Shown one piece after another: positions 8,873 through 19,100 of a stretch of 52,533 bases of DNA (positions within the stretch are counted from its first letter, which is position 1; the number at the start of each line of letters is the position of its first letter). The notes below the pieces were generated by a model. It had not been told where the DNA came from. It worked only from the letters and a program-made list of their open reading frames with translations, and did not search any database. This stretch comes from an uncultured virus (IMG/VR IMGVR_UViG_2061766007_001347) (Duplodnaviria > Heunggongvirae > Uroviricota > Caudoviricetes). Location: IMG/VR virus record IMGVR_UViG_2061766007_001347; one strand, written 5' to 3'. Position numbers and translations under genes: made by a program.

Positions 8873-10330
8873 TTAACGACCAATTTCACCATTGATGATG
8901 CGACCACGGACATACATAGCTGGGTTGAGCATCTTAACGCCATAGTAGGAAACTAGACCCTGACGACCAACAAAGTCATCAAGCATTACAAGGTCAGTCT
9001 TTGTAATTGGTAGGAAGTCAGCAACTACGAAGCCGGCATCCATGTCGCTTCCTTTGTAACCAACTAGGTAAGCATCTTCTGGGAGATATGGTGAGTAAAT
9101 AACTTTGATCTGGCCTTCAATCTCACCCACAACGAAAGCACCATTGTTAGGAAGTGTAGCACCTGTAGCTTTGAAGTGATCAGAACCAGCAGATTTGATG
9201 ATGTTGAGACCCATACGGCCAACAACTACCCAGTTACCAAATCCACGTTTTGTCTCATAGTTGATCTTGGAAGCACAAGCAAAGATTTCGCTTAAGAAGC
9301 TGAGATCGTGTTCGTGCTGTGAAATGTAAGATGTTACGCGGCGATCCCACTGTGAGGTATTCTTGGCCTGACGCATGAGGATGCTAATAACTTCATTATC
9401 ACGTTCCTGACGGATTTCAGCTGTGCAAGCATTAACGAGAGCTTCTTCAACATTGATGCCATGAACTTTAGAAAGAGCATAGGAAGCATCGAATGCGAAG
9501 TTTGCACGGATTTTGTGAGGAACGGCCTTGATCATCTCTGTACGGAGACGAAGTTCAAGGCTCTCAGTTTCACTTGGAACATGAGAAAGATCCTGATGAT
9601 ATGTTAGTGAAAGTGTATCTGATGCGGCTGGAGCAGTAGCTAGAACGAACTTAAACTCACCACTTTCTGGATTAACTTCAAAAGTATTAGTTGTTGTTAA
9701 AGCTTCAAAGTAGCCATCGGCATCAACTTTACCAACTTCCCATGGACCATCTTTTGTAGTACGACGAGCACGATATGTTTCACTCTGGCTTTCATTGTGA
9801 AGATCAATTGGGCACTCTGGAGTTACCTTAACAGGTAGATGCATCATAAAGCCAGTGATTGTTGCAACACCAGTATTTTCAACAGGTTCAGCATTGACGC
9901 GTTCATTAGCAGCTAGAATACCAGCGGCAGCACCACGCATTGCACCCCACTGATCGATAGCAATACCATCTTTCTTAGCATCACCACGAGTATTACCATA
10001 GGTGTACTGTAAGAAACGAATTACACCGATAGGAGAATCTATTGACTGAACGGAAACGATATCATCAATGATCTGGGAAGCGTAAATAGCGCTAACCATA
10101 TCGATTGAGTGCTCAGGGAACCAATCAATGCTGTTATACTGAGAAGCAGGAACGCCATCAACTAGGGATTCGTTCTTAACCGCACGGATTGCGCGAAGAT
10201 CTGAAAGTGCTTTGTTTGTGTTGTTGAGAACATTCGCTAATGTTGATTTGGCATCATCGCTCATGCCACCACGAATAGACTCAACTACGCTAATCTTGTT
10301 CTGAAAGGCTTCAACTACGACATTATTCAT
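8873..10330 (-). CDS. Major capsid protein (T4 gp23-like, HK97 fold)
   Basis: IVSVQSIDSPIGVIRFLQYTYG, EIRQERDNEVI, TKRGFGNWVV, YLVGYKG and GLVSYYG. Codon bias suggests high expression. Confidence 0.93.
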   Translation of the reverse strand: MNNVVVEAFQNKISVVESIRGGMSDDAKSTLANVLNNTNKALSDLRAIRAVKNESLVDGVPASQYNSIDWFPEHSIDMVSAIYASQIIDDIVSVQSIDSPIGVIRFLQYTYGNTRGDAKKDGIAIDQWGAMRGAAAGILAANERVNAEPVENTGVATITGFMMHLPVKVTPECPIDLHNESQSETYRARRTTKDGPWEVGKVDADGYFEALTTTNTFEVNPESGEFKFVLATAPAASDTLSLTYHQDLSHVPSETESLELRLRTEMIKAVPHKIRANFAFDASYALSKVHGINVEEALVNACTAEIRQERDNEVISILMRQAKNTSQWDRRVTSYISQHEHDLSFLSEIFACASKINYETKRGFGNWVVVGRMGLNIIKSAGSDHFKATGATLPNNGAFVVGEIEGQIKVIYSPYLPEDAYLVGYKGSDMDAGFVVADFLPITKTDLVMLDDFVGRQGLVSYYGVKMLNPAMYVRGRIINGEIGR

Positions 10331-11363
10331 ATGAATTCCTCCTGAAATGTGAACACATTCTTTCTAAAATAGAAGTATCTTTTTTGTTGAAAATATTTTC
10401 TGTTCTAAGATTCTCATTAAACTTAGAGTCATCCCTAAATTTATTGATGCTTAGATCATCGCTGTCGTTACATTTAATAGATATTGAACTTGAAACTTTC
10501 TTGTCTTTTGAAGTGGATTCATTAACAACCTTAACCTGCGAAGTTTTAGCCTTACGTTCCTTAGCTTCAGTGATTAGCTGCTTCGCTTCTTTTATAAGAT
10601 TTGATAATTTATCTTCATAAGTAACACGATTAAATTTCTCTAGAGATTTATCTAATGACTCTGATAATCGATTCACTGAATCCATCATTTCATTGATATT
10701 GAGTCTCTTCTCTCTCTTGCAAATCTCAGCGTCCAACGTTCTAATGCGAGATTCAAATACTGGATTCTTGAATGATTTAAGAGCTGATGAAGATTCCTTC
10801 AACTCTGAGGTTGTCATCTTCTCTAAAGGTTTAGATATTGGGTCTGCTTTTTCAAGACGTGCACATTTAAACCCAGGCTCTGTAACAGCGTCAAAAGTAA
10901 TCAACTCATACGAGTTTTCAAGAATTACCTCATGACCGTCCTTTTGAATCGAGTCTGCTACTGCACGAGCTGAAATACCAAGCTTAGTTCCATACTGAGC
11001 TAATGTATTAAGAATTCTACCAGTAGGGGTATCGAGGATGTCGAACTCACCGTAAAGTAAACTTCCATCTCCTTCTGGGATCCAAAGTCTTTTACAAGCA
11101 ATGCCAACATGAGGATAGCTAATATCGATACGATTTTCTGGATGACCGCCCTCACCAAGCATTGATCTATTCTTAATGCACTCTTGAACAGTTGGGTTAT
11201 GTAATATCCGATCTTCCACTAGTTTGCGAGAATAAATTCGGTTATTTCTGTTCACTGAACCAAATTCCATACATGGACCTACAAGTGTACAGAGAACTCC
11301 TGACGATTTATTCTCATTGGTAGTCTTCATTTCGGATATAATTGATTCAGTAAATACTTTCAT
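10323..11363 (-). CDS. Prohead maturation protease (T4 gp21-like) with C-terminal coiled-coil extension
   Basis: NRNNRIYS, LGEGGHP, ILDTPTGRIL, GISARA, LITFDAVTEPGF. Start set at ATG 11363 (MKVFTES), downstream of GGAGG. Confidence 0.92.
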   Translation of the reverse strand: MKVFTESIISEMKTTNENKSSGVLCTLVGPCMEFGSVNRNNRIYSRKLVEDRILHNPTVQECIKNRSMLGEGGHPENRIDISYPHVGIACKRLWIPEGDGSLLYGEFDILDTPTGRILNTLAQYGTKLGISARAVADSIQKDGHEVILENSYELITFDAVTEPGFKCARLEKADPISKPLEKMTTSELKESSSALKSFKNPVFESRIRTLDAEICKREKRLNINEMMDSVNRLSESLDKSLEKFNRVTYEDKLSNLIKEAKQLITEAKERKAKTSQVKVVNESTSKDKKVSSSISIKCNDSDDLSINKFRDDSKFNENLRTENIFNKKDTSILERMCSHFRRNSYE

Positions 11364-11394
11364 TATACCCTCCAAAAGTGGTGCCTATGACTAA

Positions 11395-11454
11395 ATATAT
11401 TTATTAGATATTGATGATAATTTAGCAGCGCAATCTACTATATTTATATAGATA
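11395..11454 (-). promoter_or_regulatory. Two tandem candidate promoter motifs upstream of protease/capsid operon
   Basis: TATCTATATAAATATAG (11454-11438) and TATCTAATAAATATAT (11410-11395). Confidence 0.5.
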
Positions 11455-11485
11455 CTAGGGGTCGTAAAAGTGTGATTATAAAGAA

Positions 11486-11513
11486 ATAGCGTAGAAGATA
11501 TCTTCTACGCTAT
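11486..11513. terminator. Perfect 28-bp palindrome, probable terminator
   Basis: ATAGCGTAGAAGAT|ATCTTCTACGCTAT, followed on the minus strand by TTCTTT. Confidence 0.7.
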
Positions 11514-11536
11514 GAACAGCCTAGCTAGTAATTAGG

Positions 11537-12169
11537 TTACCAGCGAATGTTTAATGGGCGGCAGTGTCTGATGAACTCTAGCATTGTTGGGTTTGGCATA
11601 CGAGTTTCATTAACATTGTCGTGTGCGCGAGCAATGAAGTGAATCTGATAATCACCTGGATCAACATTTACTTTTGCAGCATTTTCTAGAGTTGTAGCTG
11701 GACCAGTAGCTAATACTAAAGCATCTTCTCCACCCTTTGTTACGACTCTTGAACCGCCAGCTGGAGCTGCAGCTGATAATGTAATAACACCAGCAGCGGC
11801 TGTAGCACCAGCGTCATCTGATTTATCAGTGTCGATATCTGCAGTTACTAGCCCGCTAACTAGATGAGAAACGTCTAATTTTGTTTTACCTTCTGGAACA
11901 ACAAATTCAAGAACGCCTTTAACCTCAAGCTTACAATCTGCAACTGTAATCTCTTTGCTATCAGCTCCTGAAGCAGCTTCTGCTTTATAAGCAGCATGAC
12001 CTTCAGCAACAAGGCCAGTTCCTACGTAACGAAGACGGCAAGAACCGACAACGTCATCATCAGCACCAAATGTAATTACAGCAGAAAGATCTTTCGCTGC
12101 ATCTAGTACTGCTGCATAACCAGTATCTTTAACTTTTTCACCGGGACCTAAACGATCAAATTTTAGCAT
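11537..12169 (-). CDS. Probable abundant virion protein (head decoration candidate)
   Basis: About 210 aa from MLKFDRLG (GGAAGG RBS). Ala/Gly/Val-rich, capsid-like codon bias, has its own promoter motif and terminator. Confidence 0.55.
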   Translation of the reverse strand: MLKFDRLGPGEKVKDTGYAAVLDAAKDLSAVITFGADDDVVGSCRLRYVGTGLVAEGHAAYKAEAASGADSKEITVADCKLEVKGVLEFVVPEGKTKLDVSHLVSGLVTADIDTDKSDDAGATAAAGVITLSAAAPAGGSRVVTKGGEDALVLATGPATTLENAAKVNVDPGDYQIHFIARAHDNVNETRMPNPTMLEFIRHCRPLNIRW

Positions 12170-12254
12170 ATCAACCTTCCTTCTTAAAGTAAGAGAATTA
12201 AGAATTACTAAGACTAAAACAGACACAGAGTGTAGAGGCTATACTGCCTCTACT

Positions 12255-12270
12255 CTATAAATAATAGATA
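12255..12270 (-). promoter_or_regulatory. Candidate phage promoter motif TATCTATTATTTATAG
   Basis: Repeated intergenic motif, immediately followed by a hairpin at 12227-12256. Confidence 0.55.
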
Positions 12271-12284
12271 TAGTGAACTTTAAG

Positions 12285-15200
12285 TTAGTCAATGAAGTCA
12301 TCATCAACAACAACATCAACTTTACTTACACCAGTATATAGTGAAGCCATACCATCAACGAATCTATAGCCAAATTCAGGTAGAATCTGTGATCTAGAGA
12401 CCCAAGTTGGAGTTACTCCTGGTATACAATAGATAGCATTTTCAGGATGATCTGGATCATTCTTGTCATCAACTAAGCAATCAATAATTCCTTCTGATGC
12501 TCTATCAGTGTTAAATACCTGAAGTCGATATCTAACAACTCCTCTGGTGTTATCAGAGTAGAACTCTGAATATGGAATATAGTCGGCTCCATCAATGCTA
12601 ATAATCTGATGCGCTGTATCATCAATAGCTTGACTGAACTGACCTTGTGTTGTAATGTAAACAAACTGGCTATTAAGAAGAGGCTTCACTGTCTGCCAAC
12701 GTCTAATATCAGCTAGCCCGTTCCAATACATCTCAGTCTCTTGATCATACCACACTAACGGTGTTCCACTAGATGTAGCATCATCAGTTAGATAGTGACC
12801 ATTATCATCTTTAAAGATGAATGTGCAAACGTGAGTAGTGTAGCCATATTTCCATAGAGTCTCTATAGTCTGATCTCTATCTGCTGGCTTTATTTGAACA
12901 AAACCCTGTGCAGCATACTGAATCAATGATGAATCATTGAAGATGTACTTATAACCATCATCAGAAATCTTGGAATACGCTCTTGTATTGTAGTAAATTA
13001 GAGTCTGCCCTCTATAAACTTGAGTGTCTCCATCTATTTTATAGATATTATCAATGTTTGACTTCTGTCGCCATGCTCTCCAGTTTATAGACCAATAAGC
13101 ATCATATCCGCTATAGTATCTTAAATCATACGGCTTGGGTATAACTCGCTCAGTCTCACTATCAATATAGTCTTCTTGATATTCATAGGCTGAAATAGCT
13201 ACAGCTTTCTTTGGCGTATAACCGTAGTTACTGATTGGAACAGCTTCTTCTGTACCAATATACATTAACGTATTGTCATCATCTTTAATAAAGATGCTAA
13301 CTGGTATTGTTATGTTATACCAATTACTTAAAGTGTAGCCAGAGATAAGACTCAATGTCTCATAGCAACTCTCAAACAAATCTTTTGATATGAAGGATTT
13401 GAAAAATCCAACAGCTGAATTCTTACTACTATAATTGATTAGTGTTGAATAATCGTACGTAAGCTTATCATTGTCTGGGTCTTTTATGATGTTCACATTA
13501 CCATCAAAGATACCATAAATGTATGTGTCATTTGGAGATTTTTTGTGATTATGATCACTATCTGAGGCTATACATCTGTAATAAGTAACAATGGAATTGT
13601 CTACTCTATATCGAGCATAACCAATGGGCTTGACATCATGAGAAAGAGAGATATCAGTTGGAAGAACTTTCTCTCTAAGTTCATCAGTATTCAGCTTGCT
13701 ATACGGCACCATTGATAGCATGTATGGGAATTCACCACTGTTATCTTTATAGAGGTCTTCGTCAAAGTATGTCCAACCAATATTTCCTGTTGCAATGAAA
13801 TATATATCATCTTGATCTCTATATGGTGATAAATATTCTGGTGGTCTAATTTCTCTTACTGAAGAAACGCCATTATCATCCATGTATCTAAGAGTAAGAT
13901 GATCCAACCACTTATAAGCTTTATGAATAACAATTGGATCATCAGCAAGATATCTCACAATAGGTGTAGAATTAGCGGCAACAATCCCGGTGTCTGGCTG
14001 TGTTGAAATCTTAGAATCAACATTATCAACCCACGATATATCAGTACCAGATGGATTCATATATAGATAATGACCTGGAACTTTTAAGTCATCCCATTTA
14101 AACAATTCAATTTCGTCTGAAGTGTAATCATCATTGATGCTAACAACTACAGAGATACTAATAGTAGGATCATCTGAATTAAATCTTGATAAGTAAGTAT
14201 ATAACTCAAGATCGTCATCTACATCAGAGAAAATGAACAAATCTTTGGATGAGTTAGTTCTCTGTATCTCTGTAGCATTTTCAATGCTATTAAGATCAGA
14301 AGTGTCTGTGATAATGATCTTAAATGAGTATGAGCCACTTTCTGGAAGAGAATCACCGAGTGCTGTAATCACAAAGCAATTCTTGTTTATGTTTAAGTAA
14401 GCATAATATAGATATGCACTTAAAACAGACGCACTGTTATTTGTAAATTGAGAATATATAATTGGCTCAGCTACTGCTTTTTCTCCAATAAGCGCTGGCT
14501 GTGTTACATTCCAATCATTATCTTCATATGTTTCATTTACATATAAAGCATAACAATTAAGCTCACTTGCATGAAGTGGGAGAGGGGCACCTTGTAGATT
14601 TGAGCAATCAATTTCAGGCTCACTCCCAAAGTTCCATAATCTATTTGGAGTTATTCCCTTATACTTATCAGATAGGGTAGTATCTGATGACTCATCAAGT
14701 TCTTCTATATAGCAAGTATGATGAAATCTAAACACATGCCAAGCTGTGTTAACTAAATTAACATAGTCTCCATTATACCAAAACTTTGGATCTATTCTCC
14801 AAATAAGAATAGGGCTAAAGCCCATGCATCTACACCCATATAGAACTCCAAGTGCGTATGAATACATTGACCTGTAGTCAAGCAATTTATAGATCTGACC
14901 ATTAGATCTACGCTCTGCATATTGCTCACTTAAAGTAAGATTAAGAGCTTTCAGATATGAAATTAAAAATTGGTTTTCTGGGTCTATATCTGATATGTCA
15001 ATAAGATCTCCACCAGACCAACCAGCATCAGAAAATATGTCTATTATTTTCTGCGCTTGTCTATCATATAGAGTTGCAGAGGTGTCAGAAGTCAGTCTGA
15101 ACAAAGTACTATTTAAGTCAATTGACTTATTGTTTACATCATTCTTAAATATGAGTGGGACAGTTCTATCAGTGCCAGTGCCAGTAAGCTCATTAAGAAG

Positions 15201-15497
15201 TAGCTTCAGACCATTACAGTTAAATTTGAGATAGTACTCTAAATCTTCAATGCTACTTAGTTGAGACAGATAGCTGTGAATCTTATCATAGATCTTGAAA
15301 TGCTCAAATGGAATCAGATCATTCTGATCTTTTACATAAACACTATTTGATATGACAAGAGAATCTGATAATGCATTGTCATATGCAGTGACTGACTCAA
15401 GCCCAAGTAAAAATAGCATTGTCGGCTCAGCAATCTGCCATGTGTATAGTACTCTATCGTAATAGAATAAAGTACCATTTCTAGATGAATAAAGCAT
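12285..15497 (-). CDS. Large Tyr/Asp-rich protein, paralog of 33374-35746; probable tail/baseplate-associated
   Basis: 1070 aa. Shares PTMLFxLGLExVT, SMYSYALGVLYGCxCxG, RxDPxxWYxG, VWYD...YWNG and GYRFVDG...VxVDDD with the 33374 ORF. Confidence 0.6.
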   Translation of the reverse strand: MLYSSRNGTLFYYDRVLYTWQIAEPTMLFLLGLESVTAYDNALSDSLVISNSVYVKDQNDLIPFEHFKIYDKIHSYLSQLSSIEDLEYYLKFNCNGLKLLLNELTGTGTDRTVPLIFKNDVNNKSIDLNSTLFRLTSDTSATLYDRQAQKIIDIFSDAGWSGGDLIDISDIDPENQFLISYLKALNLTLSEQYAERRSNGQIYKLLDYRSMYSYALGVLYGCRCMGFSPILIWRIDPKFWYNGDYVNLVNTAWHVFRFHHTCYIEELDESSDTTLSDKYKGITPNRLWNFGSEPEIDCSNLQGAPLPLHASELNCYALYVNETYEDNDWNVTQPALIGEKAVAEPIIYSQFTNNSASVLSAYLYYAYLNINKNCFVITALGDSLPESGSYSFKIIITDTSDLNSIENATEIQRTNSSKDLFIFSDVDDDLELYTYLSRFNSDDPTISISVVVSINDDYTSDEIELFKWDDLKVPGHYLYMNPSGTDISWVDNVDSKISTQPDTGIVAANSTPIVRYLADDPIVIHKAYKWLDHLTLRYMDDNGVSSVREIRPPEYLSPYRDQDDIYFIATGNIGWTYFDEDLYKDNSGEFPYMLSMVPYSKLNTDELREKVLPTDISLSHDVKPIGYARYRVDNSIVTYYRCIASDSDHNHKKSPNDTYIYGIFDGNVNIIKDPDNDKLTYDYSTLINYSSKNSAVGFFKSFISKDLFESCYETLSLISGYTLSNWYNITIPVSIFIKDDDNTLMYIGTEEAVPISNYGYTPKKAVAISAYEYQEDYIDSETERVIPKPYDLRYYSGYDAYWSINWRAWRQKSNIDNIYKIDGDTQVYRGQTLIYYNTRAYSKISDDGYKYIFNDSSLIQYAAQGFVQIKPADRDQTIETLWKYGYTTHVCTFIFKDDNGHYLTDDATSSGTPLVWYDQETEMYWNGLADIRRWQTVKPLLNSQFVYITTQGQFSQAIDDTAHQIISIDGADYIPYSEFYSDNTRGVVRYRLQVFNTDRASEGIIDCLVDDKNDPDHPENAIYCIPGVTPTWVSRSQILPEFGYRFVDGMASLYTGVSKVDVVVDDDFID

Positions 15498-15526
15498 GCT
15501 GTCCTCCGATACACTTTAAAACAATT

Positions 15527-15560
15527 AAAAGGAGTTAGATGTTTGAGTCTAACTCCTTTT
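15527..15560 (-). terminator. 13-bp stem hairpin, probable terminator
   Basis: AAAAGGAGTTAGA-TGTTTGAG-TCTAACTCCTTTT. Confidence 0.65.
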
Positions 15561-15592
15561 ATTGATATAGAGACTTGCATAAGTTTATGCAT

Positions 15593-15678
15593 AAAAAAGC
15601 CCGCTAAATAAATAGCGGGCGCAGATTTGCCCAAACAAACGGCAACCAGTTGATGAGGAGCACAACGCCTCACCAGCT
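15593..15678 (-). ncRNA. Candidate ~86-nt three-hairpin small RNA ending in an intrinsic terminator
   Basis: GC-rich island with three consecutive stem-loops. Promoter-like motif at the 5' end (15691-15677); GCCCGCTA/TAGCGGGC plus T6 at the 3' end. Confidence 0.45.
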
Positions 15679-15691
15679 ATATAAATAGATA

Positions 15692-16123
15692 TTATGTTGA
15701 TTTTTTAGCTTTTACAATCTCTGGCATTACAGGCCAGATTACGTTGTCCGGGAATCCTTCTTGCTCAGGGATGTCTCTTAATGCCTGACGATACTCTCTA
15801 AAAGCAGCTCTACATTCTTCTGTAATGGGGTAGTCAATTGCCATGTATTTATCTGTGTTATCTAATAATGTATTGCGAGATGATCTTATTAGTGTAGCTT
15901 TTGCCTCTTCTGTAACAACGGGTTCTATATAAGGTTCAGGTTTAATTTCTCCAGTTTTCCATAGCTCGTTTAGCCATAATGTAATAGGGGCCTGATCATC
16001 AGAATCGATAATATAACCAAATGGTATTTCTTCATTATTTGCTTTATTAAGCAATGTAAATGTGATAGATTTCTTATCACTACTGTCATACTGTGCTCTA
16101 ATAATTTCTAGGTTCTCATCCAT
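15692..16123 (-). CDS. Tail fibre assembly chaperone (Tfa/XkdW-like)
   Basis: IRSSRNTLLDNTDKYMAIDYP...YRQALRDIPEQEGFPDNVIWP; directly downstream of a tail fibre. Confidence 0.85.
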   Translation of the reverse strand: MDENLEIIRAQYDSSDKKSITFTLLNKANNEEIPFGYIIDSDDQAPITLWLNELWKTGEIKPEPYIEPVVTEEAKATLIRSSRNTLLDNTDKYMAIDYPITEECRAAFREYRQALRDIPEQEGFPDNVIWPVMPEIVKAKKST

Positions 16124-16134
16124 AATATTACCGT

Positions 16135-19100
16135 CTAATATATTCTAACAGCTAATACAAGATTTGCATATGTATTATTGATATTCTTTGTATAAGATAA
16201 TGTACGCCACGTACCACTCATTTTTGAACCTATGCTAAGCCATATTGGTGCTGCCTCTGCTGTATTAGAATTTAATGCATTCGGTGAAATATAAAATTTA
16301 CCATCGTTATTAGAGTGATACGCCATATCATAACCATCATTTGGTGATGTTTTGAATGTACTATTTAAAGTATGCCAATATAGACATGCTGGAAACAGTG
16401 ATGTGCCACTAATTGTATTGCCTGGTGCGCCGGCGCCTGAACCAGGTAAATAAAATAATCCTATGCTACCTACAGATCCAAAGCTGCTAGTCGTAAGATA
16501 ACCAGCAGAAGATGATGAAGCGGTAGTTGTACCCCAACCAACGCCGCCATAGCCGCCTACAGCATTTGCTATAATATCGGATAAATAAACACGTCCAAGT
16601 GAGCTGCCTGAATTACTATACAACGCGATATATGTATTACTTGTTGATCCAACAAATGTTGAATATGTACTTGTAGTAGCTCTTGTATATGTACGCAAAC
16701 TTGAACCGTATGATGTTGTTATTGTATTACCACTAGCATCAGCTGTAGCCTTACTTGCAGTACCATACATATTTGTAATATATGCATAAGTAACATAATT
16801 AGACGAATTACCAATATAGTTACAGAACAAATCGTCCCAATGTGAAGAAGTCGTTCCTAAATCTCTAGTGCCGCTTGGAACTATATTACCATAAGCAGTT
16901 ACTTGTGACGTTGAAGTAGCTGACAAAACACTGGTGGACGAATACTGTAAGTTAGTAGCGTTAGTCGCGGTACCAGAGAGACTACCACTAAATGTAGTGC
17001 ATGTTAGTGTGTTTGATGATGGATTATATTTTATGTCGTTTGCTGTATCAGTATATAGTGTACGATCTGAACCAGTTGAAGAGCCAGTACTTGAAGTAAA
17101 CACTAGCGGATAATTAGAATTGGTACTGCTGGAATAGATCTTTACTTTCTCAGCTTTATTAGAGCAACTAGAGATTTTAGTATTTACTAATCTAAGTAAG
17201 CCAGCATCATCAGAGCTTGCTGGCAAGAACCCAATAAGAGTACCGCTGCAACCCTCTGGAATGCCGCCTATAGAAATGTAGTGATAAGTAGATGCGCTTG
17301 GATTATCATAAAGGATATACACTGGCGCATTATTCACATGAAAATATCTATCACCGTTTTTCGGATTAGTGACTACATAAGAATTTAATGTTGCGCTAGA
17401 TGTAACTTTAGAGCCATTCTCAAGATATACAAATTTAATAGTATCATAGCTGATTTCATTGTAATAATCATAAATGTATTCTAAATTTGTAACAAATCCA
17501 AATGGTACTCTTGGGTGAGCTGAAAAGCACTCACCTTGAAATGACACATAAATTGGAGAATTTTCAGCCATGCTAAGTAAGTATTCATTAAATGAAAGCC
17601 AATACCCAGCACACTCTGTGTCAACATATATACGCAAAAGAGTATCAAAAGTTCCGTCTGGTTTTAATCCAACAAGTGTGCCTTGATAATTACTAGTATT
17701 ATTAGTATGCGGCAGCTTACCAACTCTAACTATTGGCTCATGTTCAGCTCCAAAATCTGCAAGATCATAAAAATCTACATAGAAAGCATCATTGTAATAA
17801 GTCATTCGCAAAATTGATCCAGCAGGAACAGCAGCGCAATGAAATTTCTCATCTCCTCTAAAGTAAATTGGGTAAACATCGTATGCGGTACCATTATAAA
17901 ATCCAATGGAGCCAATGTATGTATCATCTGGAACAAATATTGATATTCGTGCTGGAGGGTCAAATTCATCAATAGACTGTGACACTCCAATACTAACAGT
18001 TTGACCATAATAAATTGGAGAGCTACTGTTGCTATCTTGCTGACGAAAATCATTTCCTATACTGCTAGGCGAAATTGAAGTAGCGGTAACAGTTAAAATT
18101 GTTGAATCGTCTCCAGAGCTCTCAGCTGAATTACCAGTCCATAGTCTAATTCCACTGCCGGTGTGATAGTAAACAGGATGATTTATAAGCAGTTCAAATT
18201 GAGTTGAGCTAGTTGCAAACCCAAGTAAAACATAGATCTTGCCATCCCAGCCAGATGGTAGTATTTGCACTATAGGAGTAGTTGAGTCTATTATAGCTGA
18301 GCAGCTATTTATCTGTGGAGTACATTTAAGATATACTGGATAGTTTACTGTCAGTGTAATCGGTGTAAATGAGTAGCCAAGTGTTACTAAACACTGATCC
18401 CAGAGTGTAGTCGCGCTTGGTGTAGCTGCTGTTGATATAGCAGTCGTTGACCCATAATAAACTATTCTACCAAAAGGATTTATTGGAGTTTGAGTAACTG
18501 TTTTTGATGTTGTCGCACTGGTAGAACTACCAGAATTTGCTGGAACAAAATCATAGTTACTACTTCCAGTAAACAACAGTCTATACCTTGAACAGTAACT
18601 GCTAACTTGCATAGTCATGCTATTTGTTCTTAATTGGTAGCCTACGCTATTTCCGTCTGCTGAAATATAATAGCCTCTATATAGAATCCAACAACCACCA
18701 GTAACACGAGTGCTATCATAGACAAATAACATAGTGTAATTGATGTTGAACAAAGTAGTCTCAGCTGTAGCTGCAGCCATATTGGAATAGACTGGNNNNN
18801 NNNNNNNNNNNNNNNNNTGTAAAACCAGAAGCTGAAGTAACTACACCATTCTTCAATAAAACACAAACGCCATCTTCTAATCTATCAATGCCAGGAACTG
18901 TAGCTGTAAATGCGGTTGACGTGGATGTCCCATCTACTATTCCGAATGGAATACCTATTGACCTTATGTTATCATTACTGTCTATTGCAATGCCATTACT
19001 TGCAGTTAAAGCACCAGCTATCTGTGAAGTAAGAGCAAGAGTTCCGCTTGCAGCTGGCAAATTATATGTGTAAGTGTTGGATGTATCACATATACTATCA

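Noticed and set aside
15332..15673. 113-aa ORF spanning the intergenic hairpins
   Set aside because: Non-ATG start without an RBS, runs through two terminator-like hairpins and overlaps the next gene out of frame.
18781..18830. Programmed frameshift or pseudogene in the tail fibre
   Set aside because: The frame change coincides exactly with a run of Ns and is explained by a mis-sized gap.
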